Positions 63,733 to 64,000 of a stretch of 64,000 nt of DNA are shown piece after piece. Within the stretch, counting starts at the first letter, position 1, and every line of letters begins with the position of its first letter. The notes below the pieces were generated by a model. The model was not told the origin of the DNA. It saw nothing but the letters and a program-made list of their open reading frames with translations, and made no database searches. Position numbers and translations under genes: made by a program. Source of the DNA: Mobula hypostoma (lineage: Eukaryota); the NCBI RefSeq assembly GCF_963921235.1, contig NC_086118.1:29328001-29392000 (forward strand), given 5' to 3'.

Positions 63733-64000
63733 AGCATCGCCAGAGATGGAGGACCTTCATTGCTGGCCTAAATACCAGTGGCATAATGGGTAGGAAATCG
63801 ACTCCAAGACTTGTCAGCCCTTATATCACTTGCCCTGCCCACATGGACTTCTGGTCCCAGAACTCACCCACCCAACACGGATTATGGAAGGCCAGGATTT
63901 ATTTATCTCCATTGAGATCTACACAATTACTTAGGGTTAGTGAAATCAATATTCCAATTCAAAAGTGCAATTTCTGTAACCCCTTAGACTGCTGAGATTG

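Overview
Eukaryotic, vertebrate genomic DNA. The repeat families suggest a cartilaginous fish, probably a ray or skate (inference). There are two host genes. (1) The 3' part of a TNRC6C/GW182 gene on the + strand: 11 coding exons from 32 to 34735, all with GT-AG borders and consistent phases. They encode the Q-rich region, CIM-1, PAM2, RRM and C-terminal W-motifs, and are followed by a 3'UTR of about 3.1 kb. (2) A convergent RASD-family small GTPase (rasd4-like) with an intronless CDS at 59391-60017 on the - strand. The rest is intronic or intergenic and holds decayed transposons: two near full-length CR1 LINEs, L1, Rex1/Babar and Penelope-like remnants, tRNA-SINEs, Tc1/mariner, Tigger and hAT elements, and an LTR element. 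The most notable observations are: a three-level nest (hAT inside Tigger inside CR1) in the last intron, whose Tigger closely resembles mammalian MER2/Tigger3; recurring foldback elements whose apex lies on a hammerhead-ribozyme-like motif; and a cluster of miRNA seed sites (four miR-30) in the 3'UTR of this miRNA effector. Family names come from recall of consensus motifs, not database searches. Most short ORFs in the supplied track are spurious.
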